A stretch of DNA of 64,000 nucleotides from a virus. Positions within the stretch are counted from its first letter, which is position 1; each line of letters starts with the position of its first letter. The notes below the pieces were generated by a model. It had not been told where the DNA came from. It did no database searches and worked only from the letters and a program-made list of their open reading frames with translations. Shown here in pieces: positions 11,101-20,080 of this stretch. The stretch spans positions 32,001 through 96,000 of IMG/VR virus record IMGVR_UViG_3300033064_003894; one strand, written 5' to 3'. A program made the translations under genes and the position numbers.

Positions 11101-12942
11101 ACGAACATTAGCTATGTCTATGAATCCAGTTGCCGTTTTGTAATATGCAAGTATCACTCCGTTCTCTACAGCAGCAATAGCGGCAATTGGAACTCTGTAC
11201 TTCGTCCAAGTAGTTGTTGTAGTAACATCTACTGTATTTGCAGTGGCGCCCTTTCCGCACCATACAGTTAGCGTTTTTGTAGTCGTACCACATCTTGCAT
11301 CAAACTCAACGACAACGCTGTGAGCGTTTGTTATAAATCCGTCATCATTGAACCCCTGAGACACCGCAGCCCTTGTAGCAAATGTAGTTGTCGCGATAGA
11401 AAGCCTTACAGTGTTACTTATATGAGTAGTTTGGTTTTTTACCTTAACGACAGAAGCGCCAGAACCTTCATATACGTCCCATCCAACCGGCTTATCGTCT
11501 TTCCAATACTTAAAGTCTCCGTTCTTTACATGATTTACCTGAACATCCGAGAAGAACGCGAATCCAAGAAGTGCTCTATTATGTAGAGCGTGCACGGTTT
11601 TTTCAGTATTATCTTCATATGTAACAGAGACATTGTCAAGGAAGATTGATTCTCCGTCGTCTCCAATCATATAAAAGTCAAGAAAGCTATTTTCGTCTCC
11701 AGCTCCCTGATTAGGTGTAGGAATAATTGTTTGTGAGTATTTAGTCCATGTAGTAGTCAAAGAAAGAGCCGTATAAACCTGCTCTTCCAATTGTGGTCCA
11801 TTTATGGAAACATTAAGTGCTACGGCATTAATAGAAGCTTTCGCAAAGAATGAAACGATTACCTTCCTATTAGGCGGTATTGACCTTAATCCATTTGCCG
11901 ACAGAGTCCTAACTGACAACCTAGCGGGTGTAGCTGGAGATTCAATTCTAGTCATCTTTAGTGCAGCCCCATCTCCTGCCACAAGTGACAATGAGCTGCC
12001 GTCTAAATCAGCGCTCTCTTTGTAAATCTCCCAGTCAGAGAACAGTGAAGCACCGTCGTTATTGACAAAGGCTCCGTTAGATATGGCTTCAACCGTCTTA
12101 TATGACACTTCCGTCTTTGATACAGGTTCTGCAGATATATATACATTAGAGTCGTTTGAATTACTGTCAGTCCATCCATATATTGCTATACCTCCATAAT
12201 CATAATTTGGAACCTCTATCTCTGTATCGCCATTAATCTTTACGCCACACCCATTAGAGAAGAATGACCCTGGTCCAAGAACTATCTTGGCCCCGGCCGA
12301 TTCGTCAGTAACGCTCATAACCGTTACTTCGTCAATATCTATTTCTATAGGCGTCACACTTCCAACCTGGTCATATATTGCAAAAACTATATAACTATTT
12401 GCAGCAGACGTTGCCTGTACTTTAGCGGTATAGACTCCCCATTGATTTGATATTACAAAGTAGTCAAACGATTCTGTTTGCCTAACCTCTACGGGTGTGG
12501 TGCCGTCACTTATTGTTACCCTTAATTGAGAGAGGTCTGCAAGTGCCCTAGCCTTAAATGTTACATTTACAGTTGAAGACTTTGGAATAGTTGTAGTACT
12601 CTTAATTGATATCCTGTCTGCATATGTAGCCGCAGCGCCAGTATAGTAAAGCCGTACTCCTGTATTGTCTTCTGAGAATACAGGACTTATTGAGCCCTGA
12701 GGAAGACCGGCATTTTCAGATGACCAGTGCTCATAAGATGCTCCATTAAATACATCAAAGCTCCCATCGCTTATTAAGTTAGCCCTTCCGTGTATTAGTG
12801 AACTAGACTTAAGCTTGAACCCGTCAATCTTATACGCATCTCCTAGATACCCTGAATAATTACTACCTATGCCGCGAGAATGCAGCGGCTGGTCATAGTA
12901 TATGCTCTTTGAGGCGCTTCCTTGAGCGATTTTTATCGCCAT
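8119..12942 (-). CDS. Tail fibre/virion protein with three CBM4/9-like carbohydrate-binding repeats
   Basis: 1607 aa. Repeats start NLISDGSF, ISNGAF and HVKNGDF, each followed by FxAR/K, TTTWTKY-type and IDxVxV motifs. Confidence 0.7.
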   Translation of the reverse strand: MAIKIAQGSASKSIYYDQPLHSRGIGSNYSGYLGDAYKIDGFKLKSSSLIHGRANLISDGSFDVFNGASYEHWSSENAGLPQGSISPVFSEDNTGVRLYYTGAAATYADRISIKSTTTIPKSSTVNVTFKARALADLSQLRVTISDGTTPVEVRQTESFDYFVISNQWGVYTAKVQATSAANSYIVFAIYDQVGSVTPIEIDIDEVTVMSVTDESAGAKIVLGPGSFFSNGCGVKINGDTEIEVPNYDYGGIAIYGWTDSNSNDSNVYISAEPVSKTEVSYKTVEAISNGAFVNNDGASLFSDWEIYKESADLDGSSLSLVAGDGAALKMTRIESPATPARLSVRTLSANGLRSIPPNRKVIVSFFAKASINAVALNVSINGPQLEEQVYTALSLTTTWTKYSQTIIPTPNQGAGDENSFLDFYMIGDDGESIFLDNVSVTYEDNTEKTVHALHNRALLGFAFFSDVQVNHVKNGDFKYWKDDKPVGWDVYEGSGASVVKVKNQTTHISNTVRLSIATTTFATRAAVSQGFNDDGFITNAHSVVVEFDARCGTTTKTLTVWCGKGATANTVDVTTTTTWTKYRVPIAAIAAVENGVILAYYKTATGFIDIANVRVYPLELENDSGFNFKGLKWLPAPSGSFKSFITPERDASVFSDMHPLGITNSGFNYTSSLQTWTGSSVYINTETDTVINEGITIGNEMFFSAPLDMGGQPQMVFVNGKLMRPGLDMHIAWIDRAVIWKTGSDIVQPYFTGSHGITDNDFITGSIDVISSNNIKFIRDYYIYQTGSSVIEISDSDRGFIDSDSSLLVFSDGFMLNKDRYNIDKNRTFLSIHPTLYNKSGVGGLDAGQLLDSSTSASSAVLKITVACVNNLYANEVIAKGVVWHQTSSRSYVSSPVATYGKNNSWQVWSDGRLSYPDHTSKNTISDAVEKFDGRTDQLYSVKTGSDKFEFASYPMNVQRDSQLGLEIEGGLPVSLATTASRNINLIVFESAASSPENRVKVKLPHSFEELEEASVNANKSISEAIYRVGVPTFGSGVWQGAGANPPTPRHYDTISDGTEFSDTGKIFNGNYFLTINSLMGFKTLDTGDYVYVGYEDIPSDQNHPHKALSVFGVLQLTVDLMSDVPLRSGKSIVESRSIMQVDQAIETLFKKEALDSTGASFLNPVTGRPTLTVSNNIYFGPNNPIMTYANLASMAALWGDALGLYTTDEDGIRHTMLDAGIERNANDGSVSSGFGALLSPQTRGLLNVSTTDSVVIVMEKFLGYRQEIKANFGYGSGMMWGTCAFNMEDGEMLFKPMTNERYPRLGIPPYTERGGIVGSGGVYREYHDDFVTQRTNYSENGPHWSRKSASTLDEGWCKVPSSGLPSVSDILSRNRNDARYSNNTSYAWYRFNQQDRSSPFDYGWYGGHVGYAKPSKDLKEDKETYKVHTYLSDPWTTPYAQANPSTGFIDFSYLGDNGLPKTPGYNNFKSGSGMYMHNKGVRNNIICWMSPMRELRGSFMTTWREDHGSTWHTTDYYYHWGDTNAESDTAEAHPKCIEYFDIYDGGKLSVRPYVNYSHYVEPVFFFLIGPTRGFLPRFAGHVEGASGQRTDNFYTVRNKDILVTKT

Positions 12943-12981
12943 GACCTATATTTTATTTACTTAAGAAAATCCGTTTTATTA

Positions 12982-13299
12982 TTACAGAACATTCATGTTG
13001 GAATTCTGCATTTGATTTGGATATAGCCCTATTGGACCAGTCTCCTCTTTCTTTTTGTTAATAAGATCCTGAAGTGCTTTAATTATTAAATATGTGCCAA
13101 TTGCTGTACCAGTTAGACCGGCAATACCTTTAAGTCCTCCAAAAGCTTTAGCCAGTGCTCCAGATGCGTCCTTAAGCTTATCTATATTCTTTACCGGATT
13201 CCCAGACAAATATAATACGCCAGACCCCAAAAGAAGCTTAAATGGGTCAATTAAGTTAGTCTCATTCTCCATAGCGTCCAATTGATTATACTTGGTCAA
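12982..13299 (-). CDS. Small Gly/Ala-rich hydrophobic protein, possibly an internal virion protein
   Basis: Segment GGLKGIAGLTGTAIGTYLII. The true start may be the ATG at 13272. Confidence 0.5.
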   Translation of the reverse strand: MTKYNQLDAMENETNLIDPFKLLLGSGVLYLSGNPVKNIDKLKDASGALAKAFGGLKGIAGLTGTAIGTYLIIKALQDLINKKKEETGPIGLYPNQMQNSNMNVL

Positions 13300-13383
13300 T
13301 TACGATAAACAAAATGGCATAAATTTATAAGTAATACAATAATATGTAGGACTGGAGAGGGTGATCGCATTTTTTTAATAATT

Positions 13384-13393
13384 ATGGTATAAT
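13384..13393 (+). promoter_or_regulatory. Extended -10 promoter (TGGTATAAT), leaderless start
   Basis: ATGGTATAAT lies 6 nt before the ATG at 13400 and there is no SD. Confidence 0.6.
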
Positions 13394-13399
13394 CACCTG

Positions 13400-13843
13400 A
13401 TGAGCGGCAAAAAGAGAATATTAAAAAAATCTTCTGCAATCGTAGAGAGAGAACAGATTAATAAGATCGCAAAAATGGTTTCTTCATTTGTAAAGAGTCC
13501 AAGAATTCGTCCGGCGTCTCGTGCACATATACAGAGACTCCCTGATGAGTGGCTTGGGGCCTTTGACCATGGAACTCTAGACAACGGGGAAAGGCATTGT
13601 TCAAGAACATTTATTTTGCTGAATAAGAAGCATCTTAATGGAAAGAAGAAAAAGTCGGTTTCTGTTCTTATACATGAGATAACTCATCTTGAAATATACA
13701 GGTCAGGGTATGACAGCGTGATTACGTTGTCAGGTGAAGAGGTGATATGTGAAGTTGTTAGCGCAGTAGTCTCAGCATCACTCACTAAAAAAGATATAGA
13801 TCGTCTATATAAAGTCGCTGAAACTCTTTGGGACAGAGACTAA
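13400..13843 (+). CDS. Zincin-like HExxH metallopeptidase-domain protein
   Basis: VLIHEITH followed by GEEVIC. Confidence 0.6.
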   Translation: MSGKKRILKKSSAIVEREQINKIAKMVSSFVKSPRIRPASRAHIQRLPDEWLGAFDHGTLDNGERHCSRTFILLNKKHLNGKKKKSVSVLIHEITHLEIYRSGYDSVITLSGEEVICEVVSAVVSASLTKKDIDRLYKVAETLWDRD

Positions 13844-14415
13844 TAAACAGAGTCGAACAGAATTTTCCACTCAACCACTAGTCCTACATTTACCGGGGCT
13901 GATGAGCTAAACAGAACTTCTGGGAACGTAATCCTAGCGAACAAATCCATAGTCCCTGAATTTGGAGATCCAATAACTTCCTTTGTCATAAGCCCAACCT
14001 CAGATATAGATGACACGCTAGGATGCTCGTCTGCAAGAGCAGCTGATGTAAAAGTGATAGAATATTCTGGAGCTCCATCATTGAATGTATAAGCAACTGG
14101 CTCACGGAACTCCTCGGTGGAAAGCTTGAAATCTGCCACCTCAGGAGGATAAAATGTGCTTCCAGATGCTCCGCCTGAACCAAAAGACATATATCGTATT
14201 GCTCCAGACGCCGGGTCTTGGCCAAGCAGGTGAGACATCGTTTTAAGTCCTGTATTAACTATAAGGTTACTGTCTTCATAAACCATTATACCTAATGGCT
14301 TCTTCCTAGACATTAGGTGAATATTAAATAATTCTACTCTATCATGCACATTTTTATATTTTATTATTTTTACATGTCCACGCATGCTAAAGGCGCTTCT
14401 TTGAATAATTTTCAT
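13840..14415 (-). CDS. Baseplate/tail-fibre attachment protein (DUF3751-like)
   Basis: Pattern NLIVNTG..YMSFGSG..L.TEEFR..ISEVGL..LFARITF. Confidence 0.6.
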   Translation of the reverse strand: MKIIQRSAFSMRGHVKIIKYKNVHDRVELFNIHLMSRKKPLGIMVYEDSNLIVNTGLKTMSHLLGQDPASGAIRYMSFGSGGASGSTFYPPEVADFKLSTEEFREPVAYTFNDGAPEYSITFTSAALADEHPSVSSISEVGLMTKEVIGSPNSGTMDLFARITFPEVLFSSSAPVNVGLVVEWKILFDSVY

Positions 14416-14505
14416 TTTTGTCCGTTCAAGATTATATCACATCATGGTATAATCCCAAATGGGACGAACCTTGGAAACTGTACTTATTTTTTGTGTGGTT
14501 GACTT

Positions 14506-14928
14506 ATGCTGAAAACACCGTATAAAATAAAGACAATGAAAAACACCTTCATTGGCAGGGACAGAATATCTGCCGTAAGAATCAAGGTCGCATCTTCCGC
14601 TTTAGTTAGCGGAGAATGCCTTGACTTTGAAAATAAATTCATTAAAGTGTTCAATGTCACACCAAATGATCTAAAAAACCGGTACCTCTATATTGAGTAT
14701 CAAATCAAAAAGGCAGATTTTGATGACTATATATTTGTAAGAGACGCTGTTGTTGCAGGAGGCGCTATTGTACTTACAAAGGAAGAGGCCTTGGAGATGA
14801 ATGAACAAAATGGATCAAAAGAAACTAAAGTGCCCACAATGCAAGCTCCTAGTGAAAAGCCCATTGCTAAACGACGGAAGGCCGTGCGTAAAGTGCGAAA
14901 GCCTGATACTGAGAGCGGCGAGGTTTAA
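14506..14928 (+). CDS. Hypothetical protein
   Basis: 140-aa ORF downstream of TGGTATAAT at ~14445. Confidence 0.55.
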   Translation: MLKTPYKIKTMKNTFIGRDRISAVRIKVASSALVSGECLDFENKFIKVFNVTPNDLKNRYLYIEYQIKKADFDDYIFVRDAVVAGGAIVLTKEEALEMNEQNGSKETKVPTMQAPSEKPIAKRRKAVRKVRKPDTESGEV

Positions 14929-15040
14929 TTCATGCCTATGCGGAGAGAGGGCCGAAAGGTTTAAAAAGATGCTCTCTTTAAAGGAAGTAAAAATTGGATG
15001 CAAGCGTTGCTTGTATTCTAGAATAGAGAAAATAAAGTAG
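14801..15040 (+). CDS. Small Cys-rich zinc-finger protein
   Basis: CPQC, CVKC, CLC and CKRC. Overlaps the previous ORF in another frame. Confidence 0.45.
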   Translation: MNKMDQKKLKCPQCKLLVKSPLLNDGRPCVKCESLILRAARFNSCLCGERAERFKKMLSLKEVKIGCKRCLYSRIEKIK

Positions 15041-15051
15041 CTTAGAAACAA

Positions 15052-15315
15052 ATGAAAAAAATAAATTACGGACTTGTTCCGGAAAAATTCTTAGTGTCTA
15101 TGCAAGCATGGATCTCTAAGGGAGAGTATCCTGGACCATTCATCGCCTCTGTATTAGAAAACAAGTTGTCTGATGCAGTTGTTAATGGAGGGAGAGATAT
15201 GGATCTTGTTCAAGACCTTATAGAGTTTCTATTGACAGAGGCTCCAAAAGAATGCTGGGGATCTCAAGAAACAATGAAATCGTGGACAAATGAACGACAA
15301 AGAATGCTTAGATAA
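15052..15315 (+). CDS. Conserved phage hypothetical protein
   Basis: PGxFIxSVLxNxLxDAV...APxECWGS..V/MxxW pattern, which I recall from small phage proteins. Confidence 0.6.
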   Translation: MKKINYGLVPEKFLVSMQAWISKGEYPGPFIASVLENKLSDAVVNGGRDMDLVQDLIEFLLTEAPKECWGSQETMKSWTNERQRMLR

Positions 15316-15454
15316 ACAATTAGTCTCATCTGCTCAGGTTATCTCAGTAATACAAGTTGTTATAGACTTGGAAGATTCTAGGATAGTTGAGCTGTGGTCG
15401 CTAGAAGGAGATAAAATAGCAGAAAAGAAATGGCCAACACAAACACAGAAATAA
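15290..15454 (+). CDS. Small hypothetical protein (54 aa)
   Basis: MNDKECLDKQ...TQTQK fills the gap between two ORFs; it is below the ORF-track cutoff. Confidence 0.4.
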   Translation: MNDKECLDKQLVSSAQVISVIQVVIDLEDSRIVELWSLEGDKIAEKKWPTQTQK

Positions 15455-15756
15455 ACTACTCTGAGGTTATAGCCCTTTGCTCGGCGATAAGTATAATCCA
15501 TGACAAGGTTGAGACTGCCGTATCTGTACAGCGGGCTATAAACGAAATCGATGAAGAAGAAGAAGAGGATGAGTTGAAGACGTCAATGTTTTCAGTTTTT
15601 CTAGGAGGACCGACAAAGGACAGCGAGCAGAATGTAGTAATACGTCTAGATGCAATTCTAGACGAACTAGTACCACTTGAGAGGCGTATGACCGAAAGGC
15701 TACAGGAACTTACGAATTCACTATGGATGACAAAGAAGAGCAAAGAAGAAAAATAG
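15430..15756 (+). CDS. Hypothetical acidic helical protein
   Basis: 108-aa ORF in a + strand operon. Confidence 0.55.
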   Translation: MANTNTEINYSEVIALCSAISIIHDKVETAVSVQRAINEIDEEEEEDELKTSMFSVFLGGPTKDSEQNVVIRLDAILDELVPLERRMTERLQELTNSLWMTKKSKEEK

Positions 15757-16367
15757 AGATTGACAAATCTCTTGATAAACTTATAGATCAGTTTTTAGAT
15801 GTAAAAAAGCAGCCTTACAAATCATACGACTACAGCTTAGGAAAAAGCGTAACAAAATATAGAATGGTTGAGACAATGTCCGAAAAGATTTCAAAAGTTA
15901 TGGAGTCACGAAAAGACGATGATATCTATATGATAATGGACATGTTCAGGGAGGGCAGAACAGAAATAGAACGTTCAATACTTCCTGAAAAGATTGCAGC
16001 CGTAATGAGGAGAACAATGAGGTTTGTAAAGGTGTCGTCTATGTATTTTGCATGTGTAGAGCAAGAACTTTTAGATTTAATTGGAGACACATACCAAGGA
16101 CTCTGCTATAAGAGTGTGCCTGAATACGATGCTGTAACTAAGACACACTTTGAGACAATGAGGTTTATAACTAGATCACAAGGAGTGATATCTCTACTAT
16201 TCATGAAGAACTTATACGAGGCCGTTTCAAGTCCATCAGTAACTAGAGATATAGAGTCTTGCTCGTTCGTATTTAAGCCTCTTATAGATTCGTGCAGCAA
16301 GACTATATCAGAAATATCTGAGATAGAATTAATGGTACAGTCAAGAGTTTATAGACTTTACACGTAG
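15723..16367 (+). CDS. Hypothetical protein
   Basis: 214-aa ORF. Confidence 0.6.
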   Translation: MDDKEEQRRKIEIDKSLDKLIDQFLDVKKQPYKSYDYSLGKSVTKYRMVETMSEKISKVMESRKDDDIYMIMDMFREGRTEIERSILPEKIAAVMRRTMRFVKVSSMYFACVEQELLDLIGDTYQGLCYKSVPEYDAVTKTHFETMRFITRSQGVISLLFMKNLYEAVSSPSVTRDIESCSFVFKPLIDSCSKTISEISEIELMVQSRVYRLYT

Positions 16368-16384
16368 CAACTTAAACAATAAAA

Positions 16385-16564
16385 ATGGATGAACTATTCG
16401 ACGATGTAAATACGCCATATGATTTAGGCGTAGATAACCATGGAAGGCTGAAAATTGTCGTCGGAGGAGAAGAGCTTCTTCTGTCTGACGAGAACATCAT
16501 TCAGCTTATATCAGTCATATCAGACTTGGGGTTTAATATCACGATTTCTTTACCAGAAGACTAA
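16385..16564 (+). CDS. Small hypothetical protein (59 aa)
   Basis: MDELFDDVNT...SLPED; below the ORF-track cutoff. Confidence 0.45.
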   Translation: MDELFDDVNTPYDLGVDNHGRLKIVVGGEELLLSDENIIQLISVISDLGFNITISLPED

Positions 16565-16599
16565 TATACCCCTTTTTTTTATGTAAATATAATATCTTT

Positions 16600-17067
16600 A
16601 TGGCGGTCTCTGTCTTATCGGAGTATACTAGCAATGAGCTTGTTGGTTTTATAAGACTATTATTGCAAGACTTTAAAGAGGTTAACGTTCTCTTGAGTGG
16701 AGAGGAGCTGTCTGATCTTCTAATAAAGATGAATCTTGCTATTACTGTAGACGAGTTCAATAAGTTCCCACCAAAAGAGACGGCATACGGCACTGACTTT
16801 CACCCAATACCGTCTGTCATAATACGTGGCACAATATTAAATCTTCTTCAGATGTCTGGAATTCTTATGAGCAGAAATGATCTGTCGTATAATGCTGGAG
16901 ATATAAGTCTCAACTTAAATAAATCCAAAGAGTATATAATGTGGTGTAAGATGTTTTACAAAAGATACGACGAAGAGGTTAGGGCGATAAAGCAATATAT
17001 AAATATGGCTAGTGCGTACAGTAGCGTAAGTTCTGGATATAAGATTGACAGGTCACAGACTATATGA
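16600..17067 (+). CDS. Putative head-tail adaptor/neck protein
   Basis: IRLLLQD...ELSD...I..(helical)...LSYNAGDISL resembles SPP1 gp15-like adaptors. TATAAT lies 6 nt upstream. Confidence 0.45.
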   Translation: MAVSVLSEYTSNELVGFIRLLLQDFKEVNVLLSGEELSDLLIKMNLAITVDEFNKFPPKETAYGTDFHPIPSVIIRGTILNLLQMSGILMSRNDLSYNAGDISLNLNKSKEYIMWCKMFYKRYDEEVRAIKQYINMASAYSSVSSGYKIDRSQTI

Positions 17068-17606
17068 CTAAATTAAAAACACTTTCTAAGCGCTTCTGGG
17101 AAATAGATCAATACATGTCAAATGCTTGCCCATTCCTTAAACATGAACTTGATTTACTATCTCCAGGCTGGGACGATTTTGTGTGTGAGCTTTATAAAGA
17201 AAAATCAGTTGTTGACGGGCTAAAAACTAATGATGGGTTTAACGTAAAGATGTCTCCGTATAACTCATGGAAGTATAAAAGCAAACATGCTTCTGTAGAG
17301 TCTAATGTGTTTATGCTGTGCAGCGTTGGCCTTCTCGGTATCAATGAAGACGATTTTTGTAAAAAAAAAGAATGGGTTCTTTATTTGTTAAATGATGACT
17401 TCTTGCTCGCTAAGGGATATTTTGATATATTGAATAGCGGGGCAAGAAAGGCTAGCGGTGTTTTACTTCTAAAATGGATTCACGAATACTTTAAAAATGG
17501 CTTCACCAATCATAAAGTGGTATGTGGAGACGGCTGGGAAGACGTCGTCACTTTTGGCGTCCCCTCAGAACTGGGCAGAGATATCTTCGACTTCTGGGAC
17601 AGCTAG
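17064..17606 (+). CDS. Hypothetical protein
   Basis: 180-aa ORF, ATGA-coupled. Confidence 0.55.
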   Translation: MTKLKTLSKRFWEIDQYMSNACPFLKHELDLLSPGWDDFVCELYKEKSVVDGLKTNDGFNVKMSPYNSWKYKSKHASVESNVFMLCSVGLLGINEDDFCKKKEWVLYLLNDDFLLAKGYFDILNSGARKASGVLLLKWIHEYFKNGFTNHKVVCGDGWEDVVTFGVPSELGRDIFDFWDS

Positions 17607-18279
17607 CCAGATATACTTTGCGTCTGCAGAGTATACAGAGGGTAAACTCTACCCAATGGAGAAATCACCTAATATTGTGATTGCCCCTGAGGCCCTTTAT
17701 ATAAAGAATAAGCCTGGAACATCAGAAGAGAAGTTTGTAAAAATAAACAATTGGGGTAAAGGTTCACCTGAAGGACTGTATAACTTTTGTATTAAATTTG
17801 AGAGCCCGAAAGACGTATTAGGTTATTACGATCCAGTGTCAATGCTAGGATATCCTAGAATAGAAGCATATGATTCTCAATATTCATTAGATATATACCA
17901 AACTCCAACCAAAGAGCTCTTAGTTGGGACAAAGACGGAATCTTTGCCTCTACTAAGAGCTATCGATTTGACTGAGGAGGCCGCAGGCCTTGTTGATTCT
18001 GGAGGATGGCCTCCAGATAATTGGTGGTTTAATGCTACATATGGATCAGGAGTTGGAAGGATAAAAGCATTAAGCGGAACATCTAGTTATTTGGAGTGCA
18101 GCTCTATTATTAAGCCTGCCGGAGGATACGTGTACCTTCCAGGAAACTCTTCTGCATATGTTGGTCAGTCTTACAGCGAGGCATTCTATTTCTCTGTTTG
18201 TGCCGTAATACCACCAGACAGCTACAGGGGTATGATCGGTCACGATATTATTTTGACATGCAGATCCCACTTCATTTAG
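17497..18279 (+). CDS. Putative virion structural protein
   Basis: 260 aa, G/S/Y/P-rich beta-type composition. Confidence 0.5.
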   Translation: MASPIIKWYVETAGKTSSLLASPQNWAEISSTSGTASQIYFASAEYTEGKLYPMEKSPNIVIAPEALYIKNKPGTSEEKFVKINNWGKGSPEGLYNFCIKFESPKDVLGYYDPVSMLGYPRIEAYDSQYSLDIYQTPTKELLVGTKTESLPLLRAIDLTEEAAGLVDSGGWPPDNWWFNATYGSGVGRIKALSGTSSYLECSSIIKPAGGYVYLPGNSSAYVGQSYSEAFYFSVCAVIPPDSYRGMIGHDIILTCRSHFI

Positions 18280-19423
18280 AGCAATTCAGGAAAACATCCT
18301 GAAGATCAGCCAAAGTGAGAATCTCTGAAATTGTAGTTCTTGCTGGATATACTTTGTAGTGATCGTTACCTGCCATTATTGATAGGTTAACAACTCCGCC
18401 AGATCTATTGCTTTGCAGGCCAGTTATAAATCCGTATTTCGCTACTAGCACTGCAGGAACAGTCATTTGGCTAAATATGTCATTTGGCGTGTATGCCTTC
18501 TTATACAGTGAGGTGTCAGAATGAAGCCTAGTTGATTTTGAAATACGTAAGTTTTGATTTACCTTCGACAGATGAGACATGAACCCAAAGGTGTCTATTT
18601 CTGATACAGTTGAAGTTGAATCTCTTATAATATCAGAATAGTCCGTTCCCATACACGGAATAATTGCCTCTGTTATGCTGGAATTGTAAAGAATTTCTTT
18701 TATCATAAGCTCAGCATACTCTTTATGAGTGTATGTATAGAGATAACGATTCATAATGTTTGACGACGGAAGAGACTCTATGCTCTTATTGTTTGAAGTA
18801 ATAGAAGTAAATGGTGACAGAATGTGAATAGCCACTCTTGAAACAAAAGAAGAGTCTTTCTCTGAGGCAAGCTCATTTACCACTTTACTGATAACTCCAT
18901 TCTTTCCTGCCTTCAAGTCTCTAAGGAAGTTTGGAACTCTATCGCTACTATCCTTTCCAGACTTCTTCCACTCTTTACCGTCTTCAGAAATCCTTCTGCA
19001 CACGTTCTCAATAATCTTGCATATGCCTGTTCCGTTTAGGTGTGATGCGTATATTTTTCCTGAAACGTTTAAATAGCATAGCATGTGTCCTGAACCGTCA
19101 TCAATCATTGCTCCTATGGCAGACAGCTCGTTTCTTCTTTGTTCGACTATCCCCATATGTTCGTCTACATCATTTGAGTACAAAGGGTATCCAACTATGG
19201 ATGGACCATCCTCAGTAATTGAAGTCATAATCATCCTCTGAAGCTCATCTGGAAGATTCTTAATGCTTCCGTATATATTCCCTCCTACTGCTATAGTTGA
19301 GTGTGATCTGTGAATTAACGAAATATGAGGCTTTATTCCAGTCTGGTCAGACACTGCCCTAACAAAATCTGTAATTTCTAAATCATCTGACAAATTAATG
19401 ATTTGTTGTTCTTCTCCTATCAT
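18272..19423 (-). CDS. Hypothetical protein
   Basis: 383-aa ORF with no recognisable motif. Confidence 0.65.
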   Translation of the reverse strand: MIGEEQQIINLSDDLEITDFVRAVSDQTGIKPHISLIHRSHSTIAVGGNIYGSIKNLPDELQRMIMTSITEDGPSIVGYPLYSNDVDEHMGIVEQRRNELSAIGAMIDDGSGHMLCYLNVSGKIYASHLNGTGICKIIENVCRRISEDGKEWKKSGKDSSDRVPNFLRDLKAGKNGVISKVVNELASEKDSSFVSRVAIHILSPFTSITSNNKSIESLPSSNIMNRYLYTYTHKEYAELMIKEILYNSSITEAIIPCMGTDYSDIIRDSTSTVSEIDTFGFMSHLSKVNQNLRISKSTRLHSDTSLYKKAYTPNDIFSQMTVPAVLVAKYGFITGLQSNRSGGVVNLSIMAGNDHYKVYPARTTISEILTLADLQDVFLNCSK

Positions 19424-19443
19424 ACTATAATTATCCCGTAAAG

Positions 19444-19749
19444 ATGGAAAGTTTTGACAGAATATCGTTCGAAAATGAAAAGGGTCTCATTGTAATCAAA
19501 GATGCCTTCTTTGAAGATCTTGGAATAGCCGTTGATCTGACGGATGAAAGTATAGACATGGTTGGATATAAAAAAGACATTATGTCTGCGATGTCAAATG
19601 AGTATAATATTACATGCGTATATCTAATACACCGCAAAAATGGTATTTGGCACTGCGCAGAATCTAGAGATGACGAGAACCTAAAGTTCAAGATAATAAC
19701 AAATGAAGAGGTTTCTAATATGGAACCAGTCTTTTGGATAAAAAAATGA
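19444..19749 (+). CDS. Hypothetical protein
   Basis: 101-aa ORF divergent from 19423. Confidence 0.55.
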   Translation: MESFDRISFENEKGLIVIKDAFFEDLGIAVDLTDESIDMVGYKKDIMSAMSNEYNITCVYLIHRKNGIWHCAESRDDENLKFKIITNEEVSNMEPVFWIKK

Positions 19750-20078
19750 GAACAGTAACAGGCACACTTCTATCGGCTTCTGGTTCCCCAATACAGGACA
19801 CAGCAATACTCTTCAGGCCTATGGCTGTATATGCCTACACAACAGCAGGAGAGTATATTAGTACAGCTCCTATCGCTGTATCAACAACTGTAGGAGGAAC
19901 ATTTTCTGTTAATTTGTACGCAACCGAAGATTTTTCTACTACTACAAGCAAGTTCCTGTACTGCTCAATGGGGTATAGAATTGAGATACCAAGCCTTGGG
20001 TTAGTTAGAAATGTTCAAGTTCCTTACGGTGATGGATCTGATATTTCATGGGGCGATTTAACAATGAGCTTAAATTAA
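19746..20078 (+). CDS. Tail-fibre N-terminal-like (transthyretin-like beta-sandwich) structural protein
   Basis: TVTGTLLSASGSPI..ILFRP..GTFSVNL..YRIEIP; ATGA-coupled start at 19746. Confidence 0.5.
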   Translation: MRTVTGTLLSASGSPIQDTAILFRPMAVYAYTTAGEYISTAPIAVSTTVGGTFSVNLYATEDFSTTTSKFLYCSMGYRIEIPSLGLVRNVQVPYGDGSDISWGDLTMSLN

Positions 20079-20080
20079 TA

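Noticed and set aside
1201-12025. Numerous + strand ORFs (e.g. 3826-4386, 9056-9514) opposite the tail genes, and similar antisense ORFs within RNAP, 49631-51487 and terL
   Set aside because: Shadow ORFs antisense to long, motif-bearing genes
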